A DNA stretch of 64,000 bases. Source: Octopus vulgaris (Eukaryota). Shown here one piece after another: positions 39,835 through 51,345 of this stretch (the stretch's first letter is position 1; each line of letters opens with the position of its first letter). The notes under the pieces were generated by a model. It was not told the DNA's origin, searched no databases, and was given only the letters and a program-made list of their open reading frames with translations. The stretch lies in NCBI GenBank assembly GCA_951406725.2, contig OX597839.1, positions 16,740,001 to 16,804,000 on the forward strand. The letters are read 5' to 3'. The position numbers and the translations under genes were made by a program.

Positions 39835-40852
39835 TGTCCGAATTGGGCTCAGATTCTAAAGCTTTTGGTTTCATAAATATCGTTTCAATGGTGTGCGTTT
39901 GTATTTTCTGTTCTCTGATTCTTTCCAGAACATCAACCTTGGCAATAAGGCCGTCCAAATCCCTCTCCAGTTTTAAGTAATCATCTTCTTCTTTCTGAAG
40001 TTTGCTCTCCATTTGATCCAGAACCTTCTTGCAGCTCTGATACTTGCTGTCTACATCATCGAGTTTCCTCTGGCAATAGTATTTCGATTTGATCAAACGG
40101 CTCCATTCAACTTTAACACGATCTCTTCGAAGTCTCAGCTGGCAAATGTCAAGCTCCTGTTTCTCGATAAAATCAGTCCAGTGGTCGAAGAACATCGGTG
40201 AAGTGCTTTGGTGACTCTGAAACTGCACCTCGGCATCGGCACGAGTAGATTTCTTGAGACTCAATTCGCTTTCCGTGACGTTCAAGTTGTTTTTGAGGAT
40301 ATTTTCTTGTTGTTCGAGGACTTTCTTTTCCTGGAGGGTTGCTTTGACGTCTTGCCATAACCTCTGACTGATGAATTTTTGCTGTTGGTAGTTGCCCCGC
40401 ACCTCTTTCACGACCACATGTTGTTGGCGCAAGGCTTTGCTACAACGACTCTTATTCCGTAACAAAGAGCTGAGTTCGTCTTCGATTTTCTTCAAATATA
40501 TCTCTTCTTCGATTAACCACAGTTTAATCAGTTCGATTATATGAGGTAAGAAGTCGAGGACCTCGCTCATTACCTGACTCACTCTGTCAATAGTTGAAAC
40601 GTAATTCAATAGAGAAACACCCAAGTCTTGTAATTCTGTCAGTTGACATTGCAGAATGGTGTATTCGTTTTGAATTTCCTGGCGCCATTTCTGGATGTTT
40701 TTCTCATAGGAATTGGGAACCTTCAGACCACTTGGATCACCTTCTTGGAGAAAACTCAAGCAATGTTTGTTCAAGTAATCTTTGTAAATTTTCTGAAGGT
40801 CGTTGATGCTTCTTGTTATAAGTCTATCGAACAATTTTGCACGGGTGAAGAT
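39835..40852 (-). CDS. Coiled-coil/death-domain protein, large coiled-coil exon
   Basis: 1018-nt open exon; acceptor ccgtttctatacag (phase 0), donor A|gtaagt (phase 1); E/Q/K/L-rich heptad character. Confidence 0.92.
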
Positions 40853-40906
40853 CTGTATAGAAACGGAAAAAAATTATTATTTCATATACGCACATTAAAA
40901 TTACTG

Positions 40907-41300
40907 TTACTCTTTTACTCTTTTACTTGTTTCAGTCATTTGACTGTGGCCATGCTGGAGCACCGCCTTTAGTTGAGCAAATCGACCCCAGGACTTATTC
41001 TTTGTAAGTCTAGTACTTATTCTATTGGTCTCTTTTGCCGAACCACTAAGTTACGGGGACGTAAACACACCAGCATTGGTTGTCAAGCGATGCTGGGGGG
41101 ACAAACAGACACACAAACACATACACATACATATATACGACAGGCTTCTTTCAGTTTCCGTCTACCAAATCCACTCACAAGGCTTTGATCGGCCCGAGGC
41201 TATAGTAGAAGACACTTGCCCAAGGTGCCACGCAGTGGGACTGAACCTGGAACCATGTGGTTGGTAAGCAAGCTACTTACCACACAGCTACTCCTGCGCC
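40907..41300 (-). mobile_element. SINE family A, full length, intronic
   Basis: Reverse complement of family A; further - copies at 41510-41850 and 42520-42935. Confidence 0.93.
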
Positions 41301-41849
41301 TTGTAAGAAAAATTCCTAACATTGAGCTACAACAAGTAACCTTTGATGCCAAGAACCTTCCTAAACTAGGTTTTATGCCTATTTCTTCTATCCATCTGTT
41401 CAAATCTTTAGAGATAGTTCCTTATGCACCCACAACTACAGGGATATATTTTACTCACACCTTCCATAGCCTCTGTAACTCAATGGCCAGGCTCTGATTC
41501 TTTGTTATCTGCGGCCATGCTGGAGCACTGCCGTTAGTCGAGCAAATTGACCCCAGGACTTATTCTTTGTAAACCTAGTACTTATTCTATCGGTCTCTTT
41601 TGCCGAACCGCTAAGTTACGGGGATGTAAACACACCAGCATCGGTTGTCAAGCGATGTTGGAGGGACAAACACAGACACACACACATATACATATATACA
41701 ACAGGCTTCTTTCAGTTTCCGTCTACCAAATCCAAGGCTTTGGTCGGCCCGAGGCTATAAAGAGTCACTTGCCCAAGGTGTCATGCAGTGGGACTGAACC
41801 CGGAACCATGTGGTTGGTAAGCAAGCTACCTACCACACAGCCACTCCTA

Positions 41850-41899
<50 letters not shown>

Positions 41900-42001
41900 A
41901 AATAAATAGAAGAATGCCATATCATGTGAAATTGGTTGAACAATATTTCGGCATCAAGCGTGCTTTCCTCAGGTTCAAAAATTACATGTCAGTCTACATC
42001 A

Positions 42002-42103
42002 TTTTTTTGTTAAGACTATATAGGACCGATATGGCACTCTTCTATTTATTTGTGTATAACTTCTGGGTGAGTTACCTCGGCCCTATATAGTCTTAACAAA
42101 AAA
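42002..42103. mobile_element. Small fold-back/MITE
   Basis: TIR ttttttgttaagactatatagg / cctatatagtcttaacaaaaaa. Confidence 0.7.
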
Positions 42104-43100
42104 TAAGGAAAGAACACTGGTTCACACATATAAGCGTTCACATACTTCCCTTGTACATGCACACACATACACTCACACAGAGTTGAAATGCTGTTTGGTT
42201 TTTCTTTTCAGCACTGAATGTTCACCATCCCACATTTATTGCATACACACACACAAACATTCACATATCTCCCTTTTTTTACATACTCACACATACTCAC
42301 ACAGAGTTAAAAAACTGTTTGATTTTTTTCACCGTAGAATTTCCATCATCCCACTACTAGTTTGCCATCGCCCCTTCCTTCCTTATTTCTCGATCACCCC
42401 TTCCTTTCTTAGTCATCTGTTCCGACAGAGAAAAACACAAGAGTATTATTATAGTAGATTATATGTGTAATATATGTATCATATACATAATAGTTAAATT
42501 ATATATTATGCACTTAATTACTCTTTACTCTTTTACTTGTTTCAGTCATTTGACTGCGGCCATGCTGGAGCACCGCCTTTAATCGAGCAACTCGACCCCA
42601 GGACTTATTCTTTTGTAAGCCCAGTACTTAATCTATCGGTCTCTTTTGCCGAACCGCTACGTAACGGGGACATAAACACACCAGCATCCGTTGTCAAGCA
42701 ATGCTAGGGGGACAAACACAGACACACAAACATATACACGCATATATATATATATATATATATACATATATACGATGGGCTTCTTTCAGTTTCCGTCTAC
42801 CAAATCCACTCACAAAACTTTGGTCAGCTCGAGGCTATAGTAGAAGACACTTGCCCAAGGTGCCACACAGTGGGCCTGAACCCGGAACCATGTGGTTGGT
42901 AAACAAGCTACTTACCACACAGCCACTCCTGCGCCTAATTGTTTTGTTACGTGCGTGATCCCTAGGTCTTTCCAAAATGGTCTTGCATGAATCTGCAAAA
43001 AAGGTTGGGGACCGAAGCCCTCCTGTATCTAACATTGATAGAACAAGGATGAAAATACAACAAAGTATGTGTGGGTGGATAATAAAAAAAAGTGCCTCAC

Positions 43101-43220
43101 TCTCCTCAGCTCATTGTTCACTGGTACTGGTAACTTCCTCCATGTGCTGCGGTTTTCCACTTGCAGCATGAATTCATTTGGAATCAAACTGGTCTTCAAT
43201 GGAGAACTGTTACAGAGTAC
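43101..43220 (-). CDS. Coiled-coil/death-domain protein, upstream exon
   Basis: Long pyrimidine tract + tgtgcag, donor AGA|gtgagg, 120 nt, phase 0-0; VLCNSSPLKTSLIPNEFMLQVENRSTWRKLPVPVNNELRR joins IFTRAKLFDRL. Confidence 0.78.
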
Positions 43221-43324
43221 CTGCACAGGTAAAAACAATAAAGTGAGAGAAAGAGAAAGAGGAAGAAATAGACAGAGAGAGATTGATATCTTTTTCAGTA
43301 CAGTATATATATATATACCATATA

Positions 43325-43904
43325 GGATCTTTTCGGTTTGAACGGCAGTTTTTTCTAGTGGTGTCATATGAAATTGTCACCCATAATTATGACCCTAGTA
43401 TCGATCTATTGCATTTCAATCTGTTTTAGGGTTAGGGTTCGGGTTGGGGGGGAGGGTTACTTTTTTCTTCACAAATGTAAATAAACCCAATCTGTTTCTT
43501 AAACGAGGGACATATTCATACGGCACAGAATGTTTTTTTTACCTCAATGGACGTCAGTGATAGGTTGAAATTGCACAATCTGTTTTAGGGTTAGGGTTCG
43601 GGGTGGGGGGGAGGGTTACTTTTTTTCTTCACAAATGTAAATAAACCCAATCTGTTTCTTAAACGAGGGACATATTCATACGGCACAGAATGTTTTTTTT
43701 ACCTCAATGGACGTCAGTGATAGGTTGAAATTGCACAAATTGAAGAAAAAACGACAACAAATATCTTACAAACTATAGAATTTTCTCAATAAAGCCAAGA
43801 GAAAAAGATGTTTTATAAACACATTCTACCAGTATACGAAGTATAAAAGTGTTTAGTTACGTGGAAATTATTTTAAAAAACTGTCTTTCAAACCGAAAAG
43901 ATCC
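43325..43904. mobile_element. MITE with ~29-bp TIRs, TTAGGG motifs and a ~160-bp internal tandem duplication
   Basis: ggatcttttcggtttgaacggcagttttt / aaaaactgtctttcaaaccgaaaagatcc; second, truncated and unduplicated copy at 47774-48123. Confidence 0.88.
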
Positions 43905-44708
43905 CCGGCGTATAATACGACTGGGTTTACAAGAAGATTTGCAGGATCTCCATGTAAAAAAGTGGTTTTGAGCTTTACTTGCTGAATAATACTTCTCGTG
44001 GAAAACAGAAAACAGCTCAAGCGCCGAAGATGAGAGGTTCATAGTTAAAGGGGTCGGGTGAGCTGTGGTTTGCCCAGTGGCCCCTGAAGCTTCTGCTTTT
44101 CAATCGTATTTTAACTATGTTTCAGTGAGTAAACTTCGTAAGCAACAATTCTCCAGTCTTGGTTGTTTAAAATTTAACCAGTTCTTTTCAAAAACTGGCC
44201 AAATATTGTAAACTAGCACTATGACCTGGCAACGCCGGGTCATAGTGCTAGTGCATGCATATCTCTTATTATAAAAGGCAGATTTTATCTGCCTCCCTTT
44301 GGGAGTTATACAAATCTACAATATAGGATTTCTTCAATTACAATTTACCTACCATTTTTAAGAGTACAATGCATCGCGTCATGCCAGGTCCAGTTTTTAA
44401 AATTTAAACTCCAATTAAGCAAAATTTACAGAAAACTCACATTCTGGTGTGTGTGTCAAATGCTTTTCTTAGTCTGGTTTACACCACACGCAAACGCACA
44501 CACACAGTGGGCAACGAATAAAATGAAAGTAAAGAGCGACAGAGTGATTTGAGGAAGACTAAAGTGAAAGTATTCTGTCTATGACGCTGATAGATACATG
44601 AGTAAAATGTATGGGAAGCTAAGAGCTAAGAGTGAGTGAAAATGTTCTTGGAAGAGAGTAATTAGTAATAAAGTAAACATACACTCATACATACATACAT
44701 ACATACAT

Positions 44709-44739
<31 letters not shown>

Positions 44740-44780
44740 TACACACACACATACATACACACACACATACATACATACAC

Positions 44781-44811
<31 letters not shown>

Positions 44812-44974
44812 CATACATACATACATATACATACATACATACACACACACACATACACACACACACAGTATTGAAGCTTGAGAACAATCAGATACATTTG
44901 CAACACATCTGTTGAAAATATTATTGTTCACACACATACATATACATATATACATACAGACAGACAGACAGATA

Positions 44975-45008
<34 letters not shown>

Positions 45009-45049
45009 ATCCAGCATGGCCACAACCTCAAGGCTGAAACATATAAAAG

Positions 45050-45420
45050 AATAACAGAATATAAATGTGTGCAAAGTACAAGAAATATTAATGCAGTATA
45101 TGGGGATTGGACAATAAGCGTAAGGCAGTGTCAATGGTGGTTCCAGAAATCCCGAGCCATAAACTACAGCCTAGAAGACGAGCCTCATCCTGAAAGATCT
45201 GTAGAACTCGACAAGGACATCCTGAAAACCCTGGTGGAACAAAATATCATCGTAACTGTTGAGGAACTAGCAGAGAAGCTTGGATTTGGTCATTCAACCA
45301 TTCATTGACACCTGTGTGCTATCGGAAAAGTCAGCAAATTGGGTCAATGGGTTCCTCACGAACTTTCCGAGTCTAATTGCATGCAGAGAGTGAATGTATG
45401 CTTTTCTTTGCTGTCATATC
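45050..45420 (+). mobile_element. mariner transposase N-terminal HTH fragment
   Basis: INAVYG..WFQK..SLEDEPH..R..LAEKLG..STIH*HL..IGKVSKLGQWVPHEL. Confidence 0.88.
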
Positions 45421-45443
45421 TCACCACTACTGCGCTATATATA

Positions 45444-46080
45444 TCTATATATATAAAACTGTAGTTGTGTGAGTGTCTGTCCCCTTCGATTTAGATTCCT
45501 AACTACTCCCACATTTTGCGGTACAGTTTAACCAAATTCAGGTAGCTTATAGTCGTGATTCATATCGAGCCCGTCTGAATATTAGCGCGCGTCTACGATG
45601 AGTCTACGATTTTAAAAATAATTTAACATAATTTTTTATTCCATTTTAATGCATAATTTTTCGTGTGTCGATGGCGGCGGAGTTGGCGTCCACGCTCACA
45701 CCTGCACCTGTGGGGAAGGGAGTGTAAGGAAATCAACGTCGTAATGCGTTGTCAAGGAGACCAGTGTTCTTTTAGAACAACGACTTCATGGCTTGAAGAC
45801 ACCAAAACAGAAATGGCTAAGAAAGCGTCTACATGAGTCTACGATTTAAAAAAAAATTTACCATCATTTTTTTTTCCATTTTAATGCATTTTTCGCTATT
45901 ATATAAGGGAAGTAACTCTCTAAAAATGTCTACGATGAGTCAACGATTTTAAAAAAAATTTACCATCATATTTTTTCCATTTTTAATGCATTTTTTGCTA
46001 TTTTTTGGCTATAACTCTCTAAAAATGCTTATATAGTTATTTCCCTTACAAACCCGAGCAACGCCGGGCGATACTGCTAG
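45444..46080 (+). mobile_element. Non-autonomous Helitron
   Basis: A|TCtatatatataaaact 5' end; 3' hairpin cccgagcaacgccggg then CTAG|T; internal repeats (gtctacgat..taccatcat). Confidence 0.85.
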
Positions 46081-46639
46081 TACACACATACACGCGAGTA
46101 CTGTCCAAATCTCCGACCAGTCACATACAGCTAGCAAGCTTTCAATTGGCGTATCAAGTTTCGGGCATTTTGATTGGGTTTTGCATAGAAAATTCACAAA
46201 AAAGTCACTTCTATTGATTTTTTAATGGCTTTGCGGGGTGACTGGGGAAATGTAAAGATGTGCACGACCACCCTTGGACGGTTTTGAATGACCATAGAAA
46301 GTGCGAGCCCTCTAACTGAAAAAATGTGGATTTGTATAAAGGACACGCACGCAGACATTTTGCCGTTTATATGTATAGAAATTACCTAATATATTACGCA
46401 CGTACCTGGTTGGTGTAAACATCACCGTAGTGACGTTACTTAGACATCAGTTTACAGGAACCGGCATGGTGTCAAGTATACCATAATGATATACGTGAAA
46501 TAGATTTGCAGATTTACTTACGGTATGTATAATATTATATTGTAATATATTAGAAATGTTGTTATCAAGTACATTGCAATTATTTTCTTTAATTTGCAAA
46601 TTTTGTCTTGCTTCACGAGATTATTGGTCTTGAAATGAC

Positions 46640-46890
46640 TAATCCATTTTGACGCTGCGCTCTGTCCATGTCTGTTACATACTAGAATTTACCAGTGTGC
46701 AATGCCTACCCTCATTGCACATTTTGTCCTATATGTACTTGATAAGTCTTCCTTTAATCGCCAAACTCTTATCATCTTGGTTACACCGTATTCTCTTGCA
46801 GCAGCACAGTTGTTGTGGGACTTGGCCAATGCTCCCACTTTCAGCTTAAGACCTGCTCCATATTTCCTTCGTTTATCACTTAGAACCATG
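46640..46890 (-). mobile_element. pogo/Tigger-like transposase N-terminal DNA-binding fragment
   Basis: RRKYGAGLKLKV..AKSHNNCAAAREYGV..MIRVWR, Brinker/CENP-B-type HTH. Confidence 0.75.
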
Positions 46891-47521
46891 AAGAGTTTTT
46901 TTTTTTACAGTTGCTGAAAATTAATATTCACCCAGTGAGAGTCCTGCAGCTTATAAAAGAGTGACAACTTGAGCCTTTTCAAGAAACCTACCGTATTTCT
47001 GTTGAGATGCTCTGTGTTTCTTTCAATTAATTTTAAATATAACAAAGAATTTAGTAAAATAACTTAGTTATTATTCAGCTGGTGTTAGGAACATAAATTG
47101 CGACGAAGGTTTGGTGGAAGATTTTAATTCAGATCTTATGAAAACAAGACATTTATATTCAGAACCAGAGCCGGTATCAGCCGGGTTGGTAATGAAAGGG
47201 TTAAAAGTAACTGGTAATTAAGGTTTATTGCTATTGCTCTGACTGACACCAACTGACCTGTCATAAAAGATACCGGTACATGGTATTAATCTGCTGTAAA
47301 AGCCCAGTTAGGTACCATGAACTATACTTTTCACTGAAAGCTCTCGGCTGACCGAGCACTGTATGAGAGAGCGCCCTAACGAGGCAGTGCAAACAGAACG
47401 GACCCCAGGACCTGGCTGAACGGGCTGATTCTTTTCATTTTCAATTAGTCGGCTATTGCAAATGGCGACTGGTGATCGTCTGCTAAGTTTGCCGTGCGGT
47501 TATGTTGATATAATCTTACTA

Positions 47522-49812
47522 CCGTGGTTTTCCGAAAATCCGCCCAGGGCTGTTAAACAGAAAATTCTGTTTTACAAAATTATTTTTTGGTTTAAATAAC
47601 TGCTCACCTATAATAATGGGCGGTAATATGGAAATAAAATATTTTATCTAAGAAAAACAAAGATATTCTCAACAACCATATTTATTTTATACAATTCCAT
47701 TGAACTTCTATCGTTTCAGTTATCAGATATATAGACATAAAGAAACTGAAACAGCCTTAAAAGAAGTAGCATATGGATATTTTCGGTTTGAACGGCAGTT
47801 TTTTCTAGCGGTGTCATGTGAAATTGTCACCCATAATTATGACCCTAGTATCGATCTATTGCATTTCAATCTCTTTTAGGGTTAAGGTTAGGTGTGGAGG
47901 AAGGGTATCTTTTTTTCTTCAGAAATGTAAATAAACCCAATCTGTTTCTTAAACGAGGGACATATTCATACGGCACAGAATGTTTTTTTTACCTCTATAC
48001 ACGTCATTGATTGGTAGAAATTGAAGAAAAAAAACAACAAATATCTTGCAAACTATAGAATTTTCTCAATAAAGCCAAGAGAAAAAGATGTTTCATAAAC
48101 ACATTCTACCAGTATACGAAATTTAAAATTGTTCTGAAGTTAACAATGGATCTATTAGGAAATATTGAAAATTAAACTGTTGAAAACATGAATAGAACCC
48201 TCGCATGAACAAGTAATGTTCTTGGGCATTTATGGTAGAATATTAACTGAATAGTTTCAAGTTAAATGTCACGAATTTCTTCATTTGTTGCTTGGCCATA
48301 ATTCACATCAGAGCTAATTTCACTTGTATCTCATCTTCTTCAATTTTGTCTTATGCGTATCTGGCGCATTTACTTCAAAGCCAGACAAAACATCCTGTAA
48401 GTGTGCGTTTAAGAGGCTATGTTCTACAGTCTGCCCACGAGGAGCAATTCCACAGCATTCAAAAGCACGCTTTATAGTTTCTTTATTTAAAATGGCAACA
48501 GCTTGGGTCACAAAGTTCACTATCTCTTGATAAGAAGGTTTTTTTTTTTTTTGCGATATCCTTTATTTGTATACTCCTTTTTGCCATTTGAAAGACCAAT
48601 TCTCCCACTCAGTATAAAGGGCTTTCTTGAAAGGACCAATAATTGATACATCTGACAAGCTGCAAGTAAGATGTTGTTTTAGGAGGTATAATTTTAAGAA
48701 TTTTTATTCCTGCATTTGAACACTTCTAGGAGCTCTGTTTTCTTGTGCACTGAGCATTCATCCATGAATAACACTGAATTTTGAGCATGGAATAGTTGTG
48801 CTGTTCTCTGCCCAAATTCTGTCAGCTCACAGTTGCATGAGTTCATATGTGATTGATCTCCTGTTGGAGACTGTGAAGTAAATATTCTTTGAGACCTTGA
48901 TTTTAGGCACGTTTTTCAATCCTTTAAGGATAATCATTCTTTTCAACACCTTTCCTGCAGCATTAACACACAACACAGCAATAAAATGAGCTTTGGTAGC
49001 ACCACAGTGGCTAGCATCTACATTCTTATTGCCAACAAAGTCTATGGTTGTTGAACTCAACATGTCAACGTATACAGGTGTTTCATCCATTTTATAAATC
49101 TGGTCAGCATCCTTATCTGCTGTTAATACAGGAATGGTATCTAGACAGTCACTGGCGATTTGTGCCTTTTCTCCAAGTGTTTTATTGTCTGCTTGACCAA
49201 CATGTGTAATCTTTCTCACAGTCAGTTAATTCCGTTTCATGAAATTGAAAATCCATTTATCAGAACATCTAAAACTGTTCATTTCAATTCCAAACCCTTT
49301 TACCAACCAATTCAAAAGTATATTCCCGTGAACGGCAATAATTTACAATTATATTGTTTGCATGCTGAACAACAATTCACTGTAAGAGTTCAATCTCTAG
49401 ATCTCTATGTGCTGGTCCTCTACCTCCACCAATTGATCTACGCCTCCTCATCTGAAATATTGATTAACCCAGTTTCTTTTGTGCACCATTCTCTCAATCG
49501 TTTTCTATCAATATCTAAGTCTCTTGACGCAGCAGATAAATTGCCAGGATGTTCTTTTACTCGTTTAATAGCATTCAATTTTTCACTCATGGTATATGAT
49601 TGTTGAATGTGTTTTGATATATTTTCTTTCGACTCCATTATTGGGAATAAAAATCCTTTGAATTTCTCTACAGATGTAGTGCAAATGAACGTCTAAACGG
49701 AATGCAAACAAGAACACTAACTCTGTTTCAATTTTTAACCACAAATAACCACCCATCCAAATAAACGCTCATGGGTGATCTAATGGATGGGCAGATTTTC
49801 GGAAAATCCTGA
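47522..49812 (-). mobile_element. Near full-length defective pogo-like DNA transposon
   Basis: 25-bp TIRs (ttttccgaaaatc(c/t)gccca core) with TA flanks; HTH SYTMSEKLNAIKR..LREW; MDETPV, AVLCVNAAGK, IKRAFECCGI; frameshifted; nested MITE. Confidence 0.9.
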
Positions 49813-50400
49813 TATTAATCCAGCTTCTCAAACATACGTGTAAGTATCAGCAGAAAATACTGAGTTGTAGAACCATAGGATCTATATTAGTGTTTTATGG
49901 TGTAGCACTGTACACAACTACAATTTCACTTGGCTTGATGAGTCTTCTCAAGCACAAGCAAATCACCAAAGGTCATGATCATTTGTCATCACTTCCGTAA
50001 GATCCAACATCCAAGGATCATTCATCACCACTTTGTTCCATGTCTTCCTGAGTCTCCCTCTTCCACAGGTTCCCTCCACAGTTAGAGATCAGCACTTCTT
50101 TACATAGGTGTCCTTATCCATACGCATTATGTGACCATACCAGTGTAGTCATCTCTCTCGTACACCACATCTGATGCCTCTTGTGCTCAGTTTTTCTCTC
50201 AAGACACTAACACTCTGTTGTACATGCACACTAACATTGCACATCCACTGAAGCAGTGGCTTCATTTCCTTCAAGCCTTCACATATCCTCTGCAGTCATG
50301 CGTATTAATATTCTTTATATATATTCATTTGACCGCGTGTGTACTGTTGGCGATTTTTTTTCCTCCGTCTTCCCTTCTCTGGATCTTTCCTTTTCCTATG

Positions 50401-50433
50401 TTTCTGACAAAGAGCTCCGCTCAAAACGTTAAA
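50401..50433 (+). ncRNA. Inactivated minimal hammerhead ribozyme (Penelope-type)
   Basis: ttt CTGACAAA gagc tcc gctc AAAA cgt TA aat; both core deviations are CG>CA changes. Confidence 0.6.
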
Positions 50434-50535
50434 TCCTCCTTCTTCCCTTCCTTCCTGAGCGTCCAATAATACTATATTTGTTCCACGTCCTCGCGGTGTT
50501 GTGTTTTCTCTTGGTGTTTTCATGTTTGGATTAAC

Positions 50536-50593
<58 letters not shown>

Positions 50594-50652
50594 CACACAG
50601 ACTTTTGTGGCACTGATTATGAACATTAACAATGTGACAGAAACAAAATTAC

Positions 50653-50702
50653 CTCAAGGGAGCGCGAACCAGTATGGCAATTGTCTTGATCAAAAGATGG
50701 TG
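50653..50702 (-). CDS. Candidate further upstream exon of the coiled-coil/death-domain gene
   Basis: ttttaattttaaacaaacacag acceptor, GAG|gtaatt donor; PSFDQDNCHTGSRSLE exits in phase 0, compatible with 43220; no homology support. Confidence 0.35.
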
Positions 50703-51345
50703 CTGTGTTTGTTTAAAATTAAAATAATTCAACATCACAGGGGACCTGCTAATGACTTCAAAACTGCAAACATCCTTGCGTGTTTACTTTTACTTTAGCC
50801 TCGTTATTTAGTAATAAAAACAAAACAAATGATAATATACTCTATACTCTATACCTTGCTCTGTATGTATGTATGTATGTATGTGTGTATGTATGTGTGT
50901 GTGTGTGTGTGTGTATGTATGTGTGTATGTATGCATGTGCGTGTATGTATGTGTGTATGTATGTATGTGTGTATGTATGTGTGTGTATGTATGTGTGTAT
51001 GTATTTGTGTATGTATGTATGTATTTGTATGTATGTATGTATTTGTGTATGTATGTATTTGTGTATGTATGTATTTGTGTATGTATGTATTTGTGTATGT
51101 ATGTATGTATGTATGTATGTATGTATTTGTGTATGTATGTATGTGTGTGTGTATGTATGTATGTATGTGTGTGTATGTATGAATGTATTTGTGTATGTAT
51201 GTAAGGATGTATCTTTAGAGATTTCATGATTGGTGATTCATAAAAACAATGACCAGAATAAAAGTATTGCAATCAATAGAATTGATCTGGAATCCTTGAA
51301 GGTGATGTCTAAGCATGATCCCAGTCCAATGAGTAAAATATGTGT

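Noticed and set aside
39827-40834. Single-exon 335-aa gene as given in the ORF track
   Set aside because: The start is TTG; canonical splice sites at 40852 and 39835 show it is an internal exon
41025-41267. Recurrent ORFs such as ..[38 protein letters not shown] suggesting a gene family
   Set aside because: They are antisense translations of SINE A copies
42940-43035. Extra exon of the death-domain gene (MLDTGGLRSPTFF..)
   Set aside because: Contains hAT-end-like ggtccccaacctttt, and the flanking exons already join in frame without it
43424-43600. Interstitial telomere or fusion site
   Set aside because: Only two TTAGGG units at a time, inside a TIR-bounded MITE
47327-47480. U3 snoRNA or hammerhead call for the GC-rich island
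   Set aside because: Only short resemblance (actatactttt, gtgatcgt); U3 boxes are incomplete, and the hammerhead core is non-canonical (CUGACCGA, no GAAA after the stem)
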